Assembly (NCBI GenBank): GCA_965238005.1
Contig: OZ250165.1
Location: forward strand, 3,456,001-3,520,000
Reading direction: 5' to 3'
DNA length: 64,000 nucleotides
Origin: Longimicrobiales bacterium
GTDB taxonomy: Bacteria > Gemmatimonadota > Gemmatimonadetes > Longimicrobiales > Gaopeijiaceae
Shown one piece after another: positions 7,811 through 17,634 of this stretch; position 1 is the stretch's first letter; every line of letters starts with the position of its first letter. Under the pieces are notes generated by a model that did not search any database, was not told the DNA's origin, and saw only the letters and a program-made list of their open reading frames with translations. The position numbers and the translations under genes were made by a program.

Positions 7811-8140
7811 CAAGAAGAACGGATGGTTCGAGGAGGAGGTCTTGCCGATGCTCCGGGAGCGAGTGAGGCAACTGGTTCTCTAAATCTGGGGCCCGAGTCA
7901 ATGGAGGGAACTGATCGATACGCATGGTCGCTGCTATTCGGACGAGGATTTCGCGCTCATTCTCCAGCGAGCGGCAGAACTGCAGGACCGAGCTGGTGGG
8001 GCTGCTGCCAATTGCCGGACCGGACCGACGGTGCGTCGACCACCGCTGGTCGCCGGAGGCATCGTCATCGATTCCCTGCAACCGGCCTCCCTCTTGGAGG
8101 GGCTCCGAGAAGAGATCGCCCGGTACCTGTTTCGTTGGCC

Positions 8141-8188
8141 GCCTAACCAGCGCCTGCTACTGACGCAACTTGAGGGTCGCGTGCGAAC
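8141..8188 (+). repeat. attC remnant 10 (left arm fused to the next gene start)
   Basis: GCCTAAC-CAGCGCCTGCTACTGACGC...GAGGGTCGCGTGC (as in attC4), then ATG at 8189. Confidence 0.65.
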
Positions 8189-8824
8189 ATGACGAGCACT
8201 TTGACGAGACGTCGGGAAGAGCTCGCGAATAGTCTTAGCCATGGCGTTGGCCTCATTTGCGCCGTGGCGGCCACGCCGGTTCTCATCATCGGCACCGTGA
8301 ACCGCGGGGGCGCGGCCGGCGTGGTCGGCAGCAGCGTCTTCGGGGCGACGATGGTGCTGCTCTATCTGTCGTCCACTTGGTATCACGCTGTGCCGGAGGG
8401 CCAACTCAAGGACCGTCTTCACAAGCTCGACCATGCCGCGATCTACCTACTCATCGCCGGCAGCTACACGCCCTTCACTCTGGGTGTCCTGGGCGGGGCA
8501 TGGGGATGGACCCTGTTCGGTATCGTGTGGGGCGCCGCCGCAATCGGAGTGTGTGAGAAGCTGATCTCCGGAATTCGCTATCCGCGGCTGTCCACCGCCC
8601 TGTACTTGATCCTGGGTTGGTCGGTCGTGATCGTGATTCGACCGTTGGTGCTCAATATGCCACCCCAGGGAGTAGGGTGGCTCGTTGCCGGGGGCCTCTC
8701 GTACACGGCAGGCGTGGTGTTCTATATCGCCCGCCGCCTTCCGTACCACCACCTCATTTGGCACCTGTTCGTGCTGGCCGGCTCAACCTGCCACTTCTTT
8801 GCGGTCCTGTGGTACGCGGCATAA
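8189..8824 (+). CDS. Hemolysin III / PAQR family membrane protein
   Basis: EELANSLSHG, SSTWYH, LDHAAIYLLIAGSYTPF and HLIWHLFVLAGS motifs. Confidence 0.93.
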   Translation: MTSTLTRRREELANSLSHGVGLICAVAATPVLIIGTVNRGGAAGVVGSSVFGATMVLLYLSSTWYHAVPEGQLKDRLHKLDHAAIYLLIAGSYTPFTLGVLGGAWGWTLFGIVWGAAAIGVCEKLISGIRYPRLSTALYLILGWSVVIVIRPLVLNMPPQGVGWLVAGGLSYTAGVVFYIARRLPYHHLIWHLFVLAGSTCHFFAVLWYAA

Positions 8825-8841
8825 GCGCGAATTCGTTAGCT
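8819..8841 (+). repeat. Collapsed attC 11 (R''-like and R' joined)
   Basis: GCATAAG containing the stop codon, followed 9 nt later by GTTAGCT. Confidence 0.45.
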
Positions 8842-9170
8842 AGAACTGGTGTGGGACACCACACTAGATCTTCGTCTGAGATCTCTGTTCCAGAGGAGAA
8901 GCCTGTGGATACCAAGTATCGCCGCACTGCAAACGTAGTGGGTGCTGCCTTGAGTCATCTTGCCAATGAGTAACCATCCTCGAGAGCGGTAGAGTCAACT
9001 CCAGGTAGCGATCCGTGATCCCACGGGTCGAATCGCTGTGGCCGGCGAGCCTGGGCGGCAAAAGGCGACTCGCGATGGGCACTAGGGTCCCTCGCGCTCG
9101 CCTTGCAGCCCCCGCCGAAAACGGACACTCTGGTCGCGCGCAGTAGAGCCACCCCGATCTCGAGCATGTC

Positions 9171-9581
9171 ATGTCGCCTGAGTTCCCCACGGAGGACGTC
9201 GAGCTCACGCACCTCCTCGTCGTCGCCGATGTCACACGGGCTTGCGCTTTCTACACCGACGTTCTTGGCGCCCAGCTGTTTCGGGAGTACGGTGGCACAT
9301 CCGCCGTGCTCCAGTTCCAGGGCAACTGGCTGCTACTTGTCACGGGAGGCGGGCCGGCGGAGGACAAGCCCGACGTGGTCTTCGCTCCGCCGGACGACCC
9401 AAATCGGGTCAGTCATCAGCTCACGATGCGGGTTCCCGATTGTCGGGGCGCCTACGAGGTGCTGAAGTCTAGGGGCGCCGAATTCCTGGCGCCTCCGGTA
9501 GACCGGGGCGACGAGATCCGCTGTTTTTTTCGAGATCCGGATGGACATCTCCTGGAGATCAGCGAGCTGACACGAGGGTGA
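9171..9581 (+). CDS. VOC/glyoxalase family protein
   Basis: LLVVADV...FYTDVLGA and CFFRDPDGHLLEI motifs. Confidence 0.9.
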   Translation: MSPEFPTEDVELTHLLVVADVTRACAFYTDVLGAQLFREYGGTSAVLQFQGNWLLLVTGGGPAEDKPDVVFAPPDDPNRVSHQLTMRVPDCRGAYEVLKSRGAEFLAPPVDRGDEIRCFFRDPDGHLLEISELTRG

Positions 9582-10138
9582 GCGCGTGCCGGAGACGACC
9601 GAGCGCGGCGACGCATGCCGGGTCGGCCGCAAGTCCGCTTCAGGGGCCGCCAAGGACTTGTGGCGAGGGGTTCAGGGACGGCCGCTAAGTACGGCAATCC
9701 GGAATTGGGAGCGAGAATGCGAAGCATCGTCAGTATCTCCGCGACTAGTCGACCCGACAACTACACTGCCAGGGCCCTGGCGATCGTGAATGACGAGCTG
9801 GGCCACCGCGAACGTCCGCCAACCGTTTTCGATGCCCGTGATCTATCCCTCTCCTTCCCACCCTCTCCTTCCCAGGACACCCACCGACGGAGGACGCTGA
9901 CCGACTACGATCGGCCGTCGAAGGGTCCTTGGGAGTAGCTATTGCTCGAGCAGCTACGTGTGTCTGCTCTAACGTCGGGGCTCTCGTACTTCCGGGGGGC
10001 GTCTCGGTCGCCGGTGTGCGTGCGGCGTTCGACGATGAAGGTGGGCCCTGGACATCAACGATCTGATCGGAGGCAGTCACCCCTGCTGTGGCGGGGAGCG
10101 GGTCGCGCTTCTCTCTTATGGACTGCATCTTGATGCGC

Positions 10139-10813
10139 ATGAAGGTACTTCGCCCCGCCCAACGTCAGGGGCAGACCGCACCTGCAGATCTGATCGATCT
10201 CCACCGGCGCGTTTTCGCGCAGGCGACACGGATCGCAGCGCTGATCCTGGCTGCGGTGTTCCTCGAGGGGTGGGAGCTAGGTGCGCAGGACCGCCGTGAG
10301 CTGGTCATTTCGGACTCGGTCGGGCTCCGGACACCTCCCACCATCTCCCCCCGGAGCGGATTGCCCGGCACCCAGGTGACGGTCAGCGCCATACACCTAC
10401 CGGCCATCACGCCGGTACAGATCGGCATCGGGGCCACCGGCGTGGGCTTCGAGGTCCTTGATCAACTCATGACCAGTCCGGAAGGCCAGATCACGCACAC
10501 GGTCCGGATCCCTGGCTGGGCAAGCCGCGACCGGTCGCACGTCTTCATCGTCTTCGACATCTACTTCCGGCCGCTGTCGCTGTCGGGCCCGTTTCATGTT
10601 ACCGACCGCAACGGCCTCTTCACGAGAGCAGGGCGAATCACGAGACGGGATTCAGTGTGCACAACGATGCTCGCAGACGACGGCGAGTCGTATTCGCTGA
10701 CGGGGGACATCCGTGAGCTCGAACCCGAGGACGAAGTGATCGTGGAGGGAGCGCTCGCCGAGTCTTCCCAGTGCACTCAGGGGATCGCAATTGACGTGGT
10801 ACGGATTCGCTAG
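10139..10813 (+). CDS. Hypothetical secreted protein
   Basis: Signal-like hydrophobic segment, beta-rich body and C-terminal C..DDGESY.L.G...C domain; start uncertain. Confidence 0.6.
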   Translation: MKVLRPAQRQGQTAPADLIDLHRRVFAQATRIAALILAAVFLEGWELGAQDRRELVISDSVGLRTPPTISPRSGLPGTQVTVSAIHLPAITPVQIGIGATGVGFEVLDQLMTSPEGQITHTVRIPGWASRDRSHVFIVFDIYFRPLSLSGPFHVTDRNGLFTRAGRITRRDSVCTTMLADDGESYSLTGDIRELEPEDEVIVEGALAESSQCTQGIAIDVVRIR

Positions 10814-10903
10814 CTCTAGAGGCCGGTTTCTGCCATCCTGGAGAAGATGGTATTCCTGGCGGCCAAGAAAGCACTCTAGGAGTCTCACAGGCCACGCGAG
10901 CGC

Positions 10904-11242
10904 ATGCCCTACGAGACCAACGGCCTGGACAACGTCGCGCGCAGGACCCGGTATCTGTCGGACTACCTGAAGGATCGGCTGTCAGCCATGGCAGGAGTCA
11001 CGCTGCTGAGCGGAAGCACGCCTCAGACGTCCTGCCCCGGCTCGACGATCTTCGAGATGGAGGGGGTGGACGCCATGGCCCTCGTTCCCGTCATGGACGA
11101 ACGGCACTCCATCCACATCGACGAGCACCAGAGAGACCGCCACAACGCCATCCGGGTATCAACCCACATCTACAACGCCAGAGCCGAGATCGACCGCCTC
11201 GTCGCCGCACTCGGAAGCCTCACATCCGGAAGCTTCACATGA
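10904..11242 (+). pseudogene. C-terminal fragment of a class V aminotransferase (PLP enzyme)
   Basis: NAIRVSTHIYNARAEIDRLV motif; only ~110 aa with no PLP-binding domain. Confidence 0.65.
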
Positions 11243-11258
11243 GTCGGAAGCTTCACAT
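11212..11258 (+). repeat. Three direct copies of CGGAAGCYTCACAT
   Basis: Copies at 11212-11225, 11227-11240 and 11245-11258. Confidence 0.85.
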
Positions 11259-11267
11259 AGGGAAGAG

Positions 11268-11522
11268 ATGATGCCGATCTACGAATACTCCTGCAAAGAA
11301 TGTGAGAATCAGTTCGAGGAGTTGGTGCGTGGGGACGAGACACCACAGTGCCCCTCGTGCGGGAGCGAGAATCTGGAGAGGCTCGTCTCCCTCCCCAGAG
11401 TGCAGTCCGAGAGCACGAAAGACATGAGCATGAGAGCCGCCAAGAAGCGAGACGCGGAGCAGGCCAGGGACCGCTTGCACGACCGGTTACACTACGAAAG
11501 AAGTCACGATCGACACGGGTGA
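11268..11522 (+). CDS. FmdB family zinc-ribbon protein
   Basis: MPIYEYSCKEC..FEEL...CPSCGS. Confidence 0.9.
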   Translation: MMPIYEYSCKECENQFEELVRGDETPQCPSCGSENLERLVSLPRVQSESTKDMSMRAAKKRDAEQARDRLHDRLHYERSHDRHG

Positions 11523-11539
11523 GCCCTTCGGGAGCGAAC

Positions 11540-12049
11540 ATGGACGCGTCGCTCGAGATGCCTGACCGGCCTCCCATCGATCCCCGAGTCGACATCGGGC
11601 ACGTGCACCTGAAGGTCGCCGACATCGAGCGATCTCTGGGCTTCTATCGTGATGTCCTCGGATTCGAGCTTGTCCAGCGGATGGGCCCTGACTCCGCGTT
11701 CATCAGCGCCGGAGGCTATCATCACCACATCGGCCTCAACACGTGGGAGAGCCGGGGCGGCGAAGCAGCTCCCCGAGGCTCCACCGGGCTCTACCATCTG
11801 GCGATCCGTTACCCGGACCGGGCTACCCTGGCCGACGCCTATCGTCGCCTTCTCGATGTCGGGATCCCTCTCGACGGAGCCGCGGATCACGGCGTCAGCG
11901 AAGCTCTTTATCTGAGCGACCCGGACGGCAACGGCGTGGAGCTCTACCGGGATCGACCCGTGGAGGAGTGGCCACGGGATCCCGACGGCGAGCTCACCAT
12001 GTACACGCACCCCCTCGACCTGGAGAGCCTGAGGCTCGAGCGTCCGTAG
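11540..12049 (+). CDS. VOC family protein (CatE-like)
   Basis: IGHVHLKVAD, AGGYHHHIGLNTW and DHGVSEALYLSDPDGNGVELY motifs. Confidence 0.92.
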   Translation: MDASLEMPDRPPIDPRVDIGHVHLKVADIERSLGFYRDVLGFELVQRMGPDSAFISAGGYHHHIGLNTWESRGGEAAPRGSTGLYHLAIRYPDRATLADAYRRLLDVGIPLDGAADHGVSEALYLSDPDGNGVELYRDRPVEEWPRDPDGELTMYTHPLDLESLRLERP

Positions 12050-12161
12050 GCTTGGTGCCCGCCAGGGACTGTGCCCACCGGGCTTCCGTCTCTACCCTGG
12101 TGCCCCCCGCCGACCCCGTGTCGGTGGCGTTGGAATTGGACGTGTGACCAGGAGGACTCCG

Positions 12162-13112
12162 ATGTCCGAAAAGAAGATAATAGTGGTGGCAGGTGCGACC
12201 CGTGCCCAGGGCGGCGGTCTCGTCCGAGCGATATTGAATGACCCCGACGGGCCCTTCACCGCCCGTGCCCTCACGAGGAATGTCGATTCGGACAATGCCC
12301 AGGCGCTCGCTGCGGCCGGCGCCGAGGTCGTAGCCGCCGACTACGACGACCCCGAAAGCCTCAACCGGGCGTTTGCCGGGGGGTACGGCGCCTACCTCGT
12401 CACCAACTTCTGGGAGCACTTCTCTCCCGAGAAGGAGATAGCGCAGGCGACGGCCCTCGCCGATGCTGCGCAGCAGGCGGGCATCCAGCATGTCATCTGG
12501 TCCACCCTGGATGACACGCGCAAGTGGGTGCCGCTCGATGACGACCGCATGCCCACGCTGATGGGCAAGTACAAGGTCCCGCACTTCGACGCAAAGGGCG
12601 AAGCGGACGCGCTGTTCAGCGCCCGTGGACTGCCGACCACCCTTCTGCAGACCTGCTTCTACTGGGAGAACTTCATCTTCTCCGGGAGTGGTCCGGTGAG
12701 GGGCGAGGACGGCAAGCTGGCCATCACCTTCCCCATGGACGACAAGAAGCTGCCTGGCATCGGCGTAGAGGACATCGGCAAATGCGCCTACGGGATCTTC
12801 AAGAAGGGGCCAGAGCTCATCGGTGAGACGGTGGGCATCGCCGGCGAGCACCTCACGGGCGACCAAATGGCCGCCGCCCTGAGCGAGGCCATCGGTGAGG
12901 AGGTGGGATGCAACGCCGTGTCCCCGGAGATGTACCGGAGCTTCGACTTCCCGGGGGCGGAGGATCTGGGCAACATGTTCCAGTTCCACCGGGACTTCGA
13001 GGAGATGTACTGTGCGTCGAGGAACGTGGAAGGGGCGCGAGCCCTGAATCCAGAGCTCCAGAACTTCTCGGAGTGGCTCGCCGTGAACGGAAGCCGAGTC
13101 CCCATCGAGTAG
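12162..13112 (+). CDS. NmrA/HSCARG family protein
   Basis: IVVAGATRAQGG, TNFWEH and VPHFDAK motifs; AGGAGG RBS. Confidence 0.92.
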   Translation: MSEKKIIVVAGATRAQGGGLVRAILNDPDGPFTARALTRNVDSDNAQALAAAGAEVVAADYDDPESLNRAFAGGYGAYLVTNFWEHFSPEKEIAQATALADAAQQAGIQHVIWSTLDDTRKWVPLDDDRMPTLMGKYKVPHFDAKGEADALFSARGLPTTLLQTCFYWENFIFSGSGPVRGEDGKLAITFPMDDKKLPGIGVEDIGKCAYGIFKKGPELIGETVGIAGEHLTGDQMAAALSEAIGEEVGCNAVSPEMYRSFDFPGAEDLGNMFQFHRDFEEMYCASRNVEGARALNPELQNFSEWLAVNGSRVPIE

Positions 13113-13126
13113 ACAAGACGACCTCG

Positions 13127-13245
13127 ATCGTGGACGTGCGCTCGGCCACCGTCGCGGATATACCGGCCCTGGCCGCCCTCATCGAGGCGTCGGTTCGTGG
13201 CCTCGGGCCACCGCACTGCGACCCACGGCAGATCGAGAGCTCCCA
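13127..13245 (+). pseudogene. N-terminal fragment of a GNAT acetyltransferase
   Basis: VRSATVADIPALAALIEASVRGL....RQIESS, after which similarity ends. Confidence 0.5.
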
Positions 13246-13387
13246 TCCATTTGGAGGCCGGATTCAAGCGAGACAGGTCATTCGACCGCGGGCTTGCAGA
13301 GGCACTGGAAAGCCTGGGCGAGCACGTGGGAGCCGACCGACTCGACCTCCCCAACGGCTGGCGACAGATGGTGTAACTCGTCCGCGG

Positions 13388-14962
13388 TCAATCGTGGAAC
13401 GTGGCCGGGGTGTCGGGAGGCGAGTCCTGCGCCCCCGTGAGTCGCGCCCGGAACTCGGATTCCCTCTCAGGGGACAGCGCCGTGAATAACGATACGGCAG
13501 GAACCACGAGCAGCGGGACCACCGTAGTCACGTAGGCCGGATCGAGCCCTTCCCCGTGGCTGGTCAACAGAGAAACGAGCAGCCGAACCGGAGCGGACGC
13601 TCCTTCGGGCGCCTGGAGATCGATCCACAGGGCCCATTTGATCAACACGAACCAGATCCCTCCGGCACCATAACCGGCCAGCATCCCCCAATAGGCGCCC
13701 GGCTCCGTGGTGCGGCGCCAGTAGAGCACGTAGGCCACGGAGATGGCGGCAGGGACCACCATGGCGAACGCGAACAGGAGCAGATCAAGTATGGAGACCC
13801 GGGTGCTCGTGGCGATCCACCAAGCGATCAGCGCTGAGATCAGGGCGTATCCCACCGTGACCGTCCGGTAGGCGCGGAGCCTTCGCGCTGACGAATAGGT
13901 GCTGGCCGAGGGGATCCAATCGCGAACGAACATGGTGGCGCTGGAGAGGAGGATCGGTCCACCCGACGAGATGACCGCTGCCAGGACGGCCGCCAGAGCG
14001 ATCCCGCCCATGACCGGACTGATCTCCGCGGCCAGGGTGGTGAGATTTCGGTAGCCGGCCAACCCGGAGTCGGTTCCGTAGCGAGCCACAGTGAGGATGC
14101 CGATCAGCCCCGCGAGGACCGGCATGAGGGCGGCTATGGCGCCACCGGCGATAAATGCCGGCGCGAGGCTCCGCTCTGACCGCGTCGCGGTGGAGTAGTT
14201 TGCGTAGATGGACGCGGCCGGTGAGTGGACCGTAGCCGAGAAGAACATGGCCAGGATCGCTATCCACCCCCCACCCGCGAACCCCCACCAGGCCTCTCGG
14301 GCGCTGGACGACGAAGCGAGTTGTGCGTTCACCCGCTCGGTCACGACGTCCCAGCCGCCGAGCTCGCGCACCCCCAAGACCCCCACGGCCAAGAGGGACG
14401 CCAGGATCACCGTGCAATGGATGACGTTGGTGACCGCGGTGCCCCACAGACCACCCAGAGACACGTACGTCGCCAGGATCAGGGCGGCGATGAGCGTGCC
14501 GTGCAGCATGGAGAGGGGCGTGAGAGTGCTGATGATCACGCCGATTACGTACGCTTCGATGACGTTGACGATGGCGTACTCGGTCTGCACACACAGGCTC
14601 GTGAGCCACTGGCACCGCTTCGAGCCGAAGCGGATCAAGAACAGCTCGCCCACAGTCTGGAGACCAAGTCGCCGGTAGTAGACCGCGAAGGCTAGACCCA
14701 CGAGGACCAGGGCGGCGAACGAGCTGATCCCGTACCACCACATGTTCCAGACACCGCCGGTCACGACGTTCCCGGCTACGCCGTAGGTGCCGGCACCCCC
14801 GATGCGCGCGCCTGCCAGCCCGAACGCCACGAGCACTCCAGACATGCCCCCGCCAGCCACGGCCCAGTCGCTCGAGCCTTTGGATCGTCGGGCCATGAGG
14901 CCCCCGACGGCCGTGACGCCGACCAGGTAGAGGACGATGACAGTGACGGCGACGTTGTCCAA
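13388..14962 (-). CDS. Sodium:solute symporter family protein
   Basis: About 13 TM helices; AVAGGGM, IGGAGTYG, YVSLGGLWGTAVT and LAAVISS motifs. Confidence 0.9.
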   Translation of the reverse strand: MDNVAVTVIVLYLVGVTAVGGLMARRSKGSSDWAVAGGGMSGVLVAFGLAGARIGGAGTYGVAGNVVTGGVWNMWWYGISSFAALVLVGLAFAVYYRRLGLQTVGELFLIRFGSKRCQWLTSLCVQTEYAIVNVIEAYVIGVIISTLTPLSMLHGTLIAALILATYVSLGGLWGTAVTNVIHCTVILASLLAVGVLGVRELGGWDVVTERVNAQLASSSSAREAWWGFAGGGWIAILAMFFSATVHSPAASIYANYSTATRSERSLAPAFIAGGAIAALMPVLAGLIGILTVARYGTDSGLAGYRNLTTLAAEISPVMGGIALAAVLAAVISSGGPILLSSATMFVRDWIPSASTYSSARRLRAYRTVTVGYALISALIAWWIATSTRVSILDLLLFAFAMVVPAAISVAYVLYWRRTTEPGAYWGMLAGYGAGGIWFVLIKWALWIDLQAPEGASAPVRLLVSLLTSHGEGLDPAYVTTVVPLLVVPAVSLFTALSPERESEFRARLTGAQDSPPDTPATFHD

Positions 14963-15221
14963 TCAAGCTCCCGTCTTGGGAGGATTCGCCCATCGAGCAC
15001 GGGGATAGCGTCTCGGCCCGGGGGCAGCGACTCGGGCGGGTTGGATAACCTTCGGGGAGTCGGTTTGCAACCGGGCGTCCGCCCACCGCTGACGCGAGAA
15101 GCTGCACGCACCAGACGATGGAGCCGACGGATCGGCCGGGTGTGGGACCCTCGGGCACCGTCGGGGTATTGGGTTGTCGCGGTGACACCCACGTTCACTT
15201 GCCCTGAGGTACCGGCCGATC

Positions 15222-17618
15222 ATGTCTACGCCTTCGCCCCTGGAAGATTTTCCCTTCGGAACCCGCCTGAGCCTGGCACGCCTCATCGACTTCTGGGAGC
15301 GCCAGGATGAGGATCCGAGCTCCTTGCATGCGCCCCTGGCCCGGGTGATCGTCGAGCGGCTCGAAGAGGCTCCGGAGCTCCGAGGGATCATCGACGACCG
15401 CTCGGTGCTGGAGCCGCACCGGGAGCTCATCGACCTCATGATGACCGCCATGGTCCCGGCGGGTCGGCGTGACGACTACTACGCCACAGCCGGCGAGCCC
15501 TTCAACATGCTCCCCTTCTACCAGACGCCGGCATGGCGGCGGGTCGGGCTGGGCGAAGCCGAACGCTTCATGGAGCGGCTCGACATACCGCCGGACCAAT
15601 TTGCCTTGTCGAAGCTCATGTGGGCCTACGAGTTTCTTCTCGGGAAGTGGTTGGGCGTCGAGGCGAATCTCCAGCACGCCCTCGTCATGACCGTACACGA
15701 CGAGGATGTCGGGCTGGACAGACACTTTTCGTTGAGCCCCGATCCTCGGTTCGTGTCGGTGAGGCTCGTTCGTGACATCGAGAAGCCGTCCTCGGAGGAC
15801 ATCGCAAGCCTGCTGGCCGAGCCGACCAACCTCGACCTCTGGACCGAGCTGCTCCCTCCGAACGCCTTCGAGTTCGATGGGATGACGGTGATCACAGCGG
15901 TGGACGTGACGCCGCACGAAGTGATCTCGCGACTCAAGAACGACCTCATCGAGAAGGATTCAATGGCGTCGCCCGAGAAGGTCGATCGGCTCCAGCATCG
16001 GATCCGCAATCTCCTGGGTTGCCCGGAGCTCAGCCTCGGCCTGATCGCCTTCGACCGGCGCGCCGACGTCGAAGCGATCGAGGGAGCGAGGGCGGTGGGC
16101 AAGAGCCTACTCCTCTGCGACGAATGCGCCCCCATCTGCCGGAACCGAGCCAATTCCCACTACGCGGGAGTCTTCCAGGGAGCGGACCCCATCATCGTTC
16201 AGGATCTGAAGAGGTCGAGGATACGCACCGGTTACGAGCACCACCTTCGGCAGCACGGGCACCGTAGCCTCCTTCTCTACCCTCTCCACGTCGGGGACCA
16301 ACTGGTCGGGCTCATGGAGCTCGCCTCGCCCAAGCCCGGAGACCTCAACGCCTTCAACGCCGGCGACTGGTGGACGTCGTCCCGCTCTTCGCCACCACAC
16401 TCAAGCGCAACCTGGACGAGCTCGAGGATCATGTGCAGAGCGTCATCAAGCGGAAATACACGGCGATCCACTCGGCTGTAGAATGGCGTTTTCGCGAGGC
16501 CGCCCTGCACTACCTGGAGGAGAAGGAGCGCGGGGAGGTTAGCCCCGAGCTCGAGCAGATCGTCTTTCATGACGTGTACCCACTCTACGGCCTGGTCGAC
16601 ATGCGCGACTCGTCGCGGATACGCAACGAGGCGATTCGGGTCGACCTCGGCGACCAGCTCAAGCTGGCCCTGGACGTGATCAATGCCGTCGGGCAGATCC
16701 GACCGCTTCCCGCGCTGGAAGAAGTGGGATACCTGCTGGCGCGGCATCTCGACGGTATCGAAAGCGAACCGGTCGGCTGACGAATCAGGAATCTTGGAGC
16801 TACTCCGGCATGACGTGGAGCCGCTCTTCGGACAACTCGAGAACTACGGGAGTGATGTGGCGGAGCGTGTGGCCGCCTATCGCGCGGCACTCGACGGAGA
16901 CCTGAACATCGTCTATCGCCGCCGCAAGGACTTCGAAGAGAGCGTGGCGGCCTTGAACGAGACTATCTCGATGACGCTGGACGCGGAGGAAGAGCGAGCA
17001 CAGGCCATGTTCCCCCACTTCTTCGAGAAGTTCAGGACGGACGGCGTGGACCACAGCATATACATCGGTCCTGCGCTGCACGAGGACGGGCTCTTCGATG
17101 AGCTCTATCTGCGAAACCTCCGGATCTGGCAGCTCATGACGACCTGCCGGATCGAGTGGGAACTCGCCCGCGTCAAGACCGACATGCCCGTGCCCCTGGA
17201 GGCGACCCACCTTATCCTCGTCCAGCATCAGCCGCTCTCGATCAGGTTCCGCATCGACGAGAAGCGCTTCGACGTGGACGGGGCGTACGACATCCGCTAC
17301 GAGATCGTCAAGAAGCGGATCGACAAGGCCCGCATCCGCGGGACAAACGAACGCGTAACCCAGCCGGGCCAGCTCGCCATCGTGTACTCGACGGCCAGTG
17401 AGGCCGCCGAGTACAGGAGATACGTCGAGTTCCTTCAGAGCAAGGGCTACTTCGGCCCGGGGTTGGAGGAGCTGGAGCTGGAGGACCTCCCGGGCATCTC
17501 CGGTCTCAAGGCGCTGCGAGTCGCCATCGCGAGCAAAGGCGAGATCGATGAGTCGGCCCCGCCGGCTCGACCCTCGGCCCGGGAGATCGAGACGGTCCTC
17601 ACCGGAGACCAGGCCTAG
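15222..17618 (+). pseudogene. Large GAF-domain protein broken by two frameshifts (~16368 and ~16775)
   Basis: Three consecutive overlapping ORFs (15222, 16370, 16683) form one protein: GAF-like SLLLYPLHVGDQLVGLMEL, then TAIHSAVEWRF, FEKFRTDGVD, FDVDGAYDIRYEIVKKRIDKA. Confidence 0.75.
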
Positions 17619-17634
17619 GAGCCTGGCGCGGACC

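Noticed and set aside
7810..8140. ORF scraps such as YSDEDFALILQRAAELQ
   Set aside because: Probably a decayed cassette gene, but no family or boundaries can be supported.
167..9610. CRISPR array interpretation of the recurring repeats
   Set aside because: The repeats are long, degenerate palindromes separated by whole genes with RYYYAAC/GTTRRRY ends; no cas genes are present.
1..10100. Integron integrase or attI in the window
   Set aside because: No tyrosine-recombinase motifs in any ORF; orientation predicts it lies left of position 1, if it exists.
10816..10879. CTAGAG...CTCTAG-bounded mini element
   Set aside because: The inverted match is short and gapped and could be chance.
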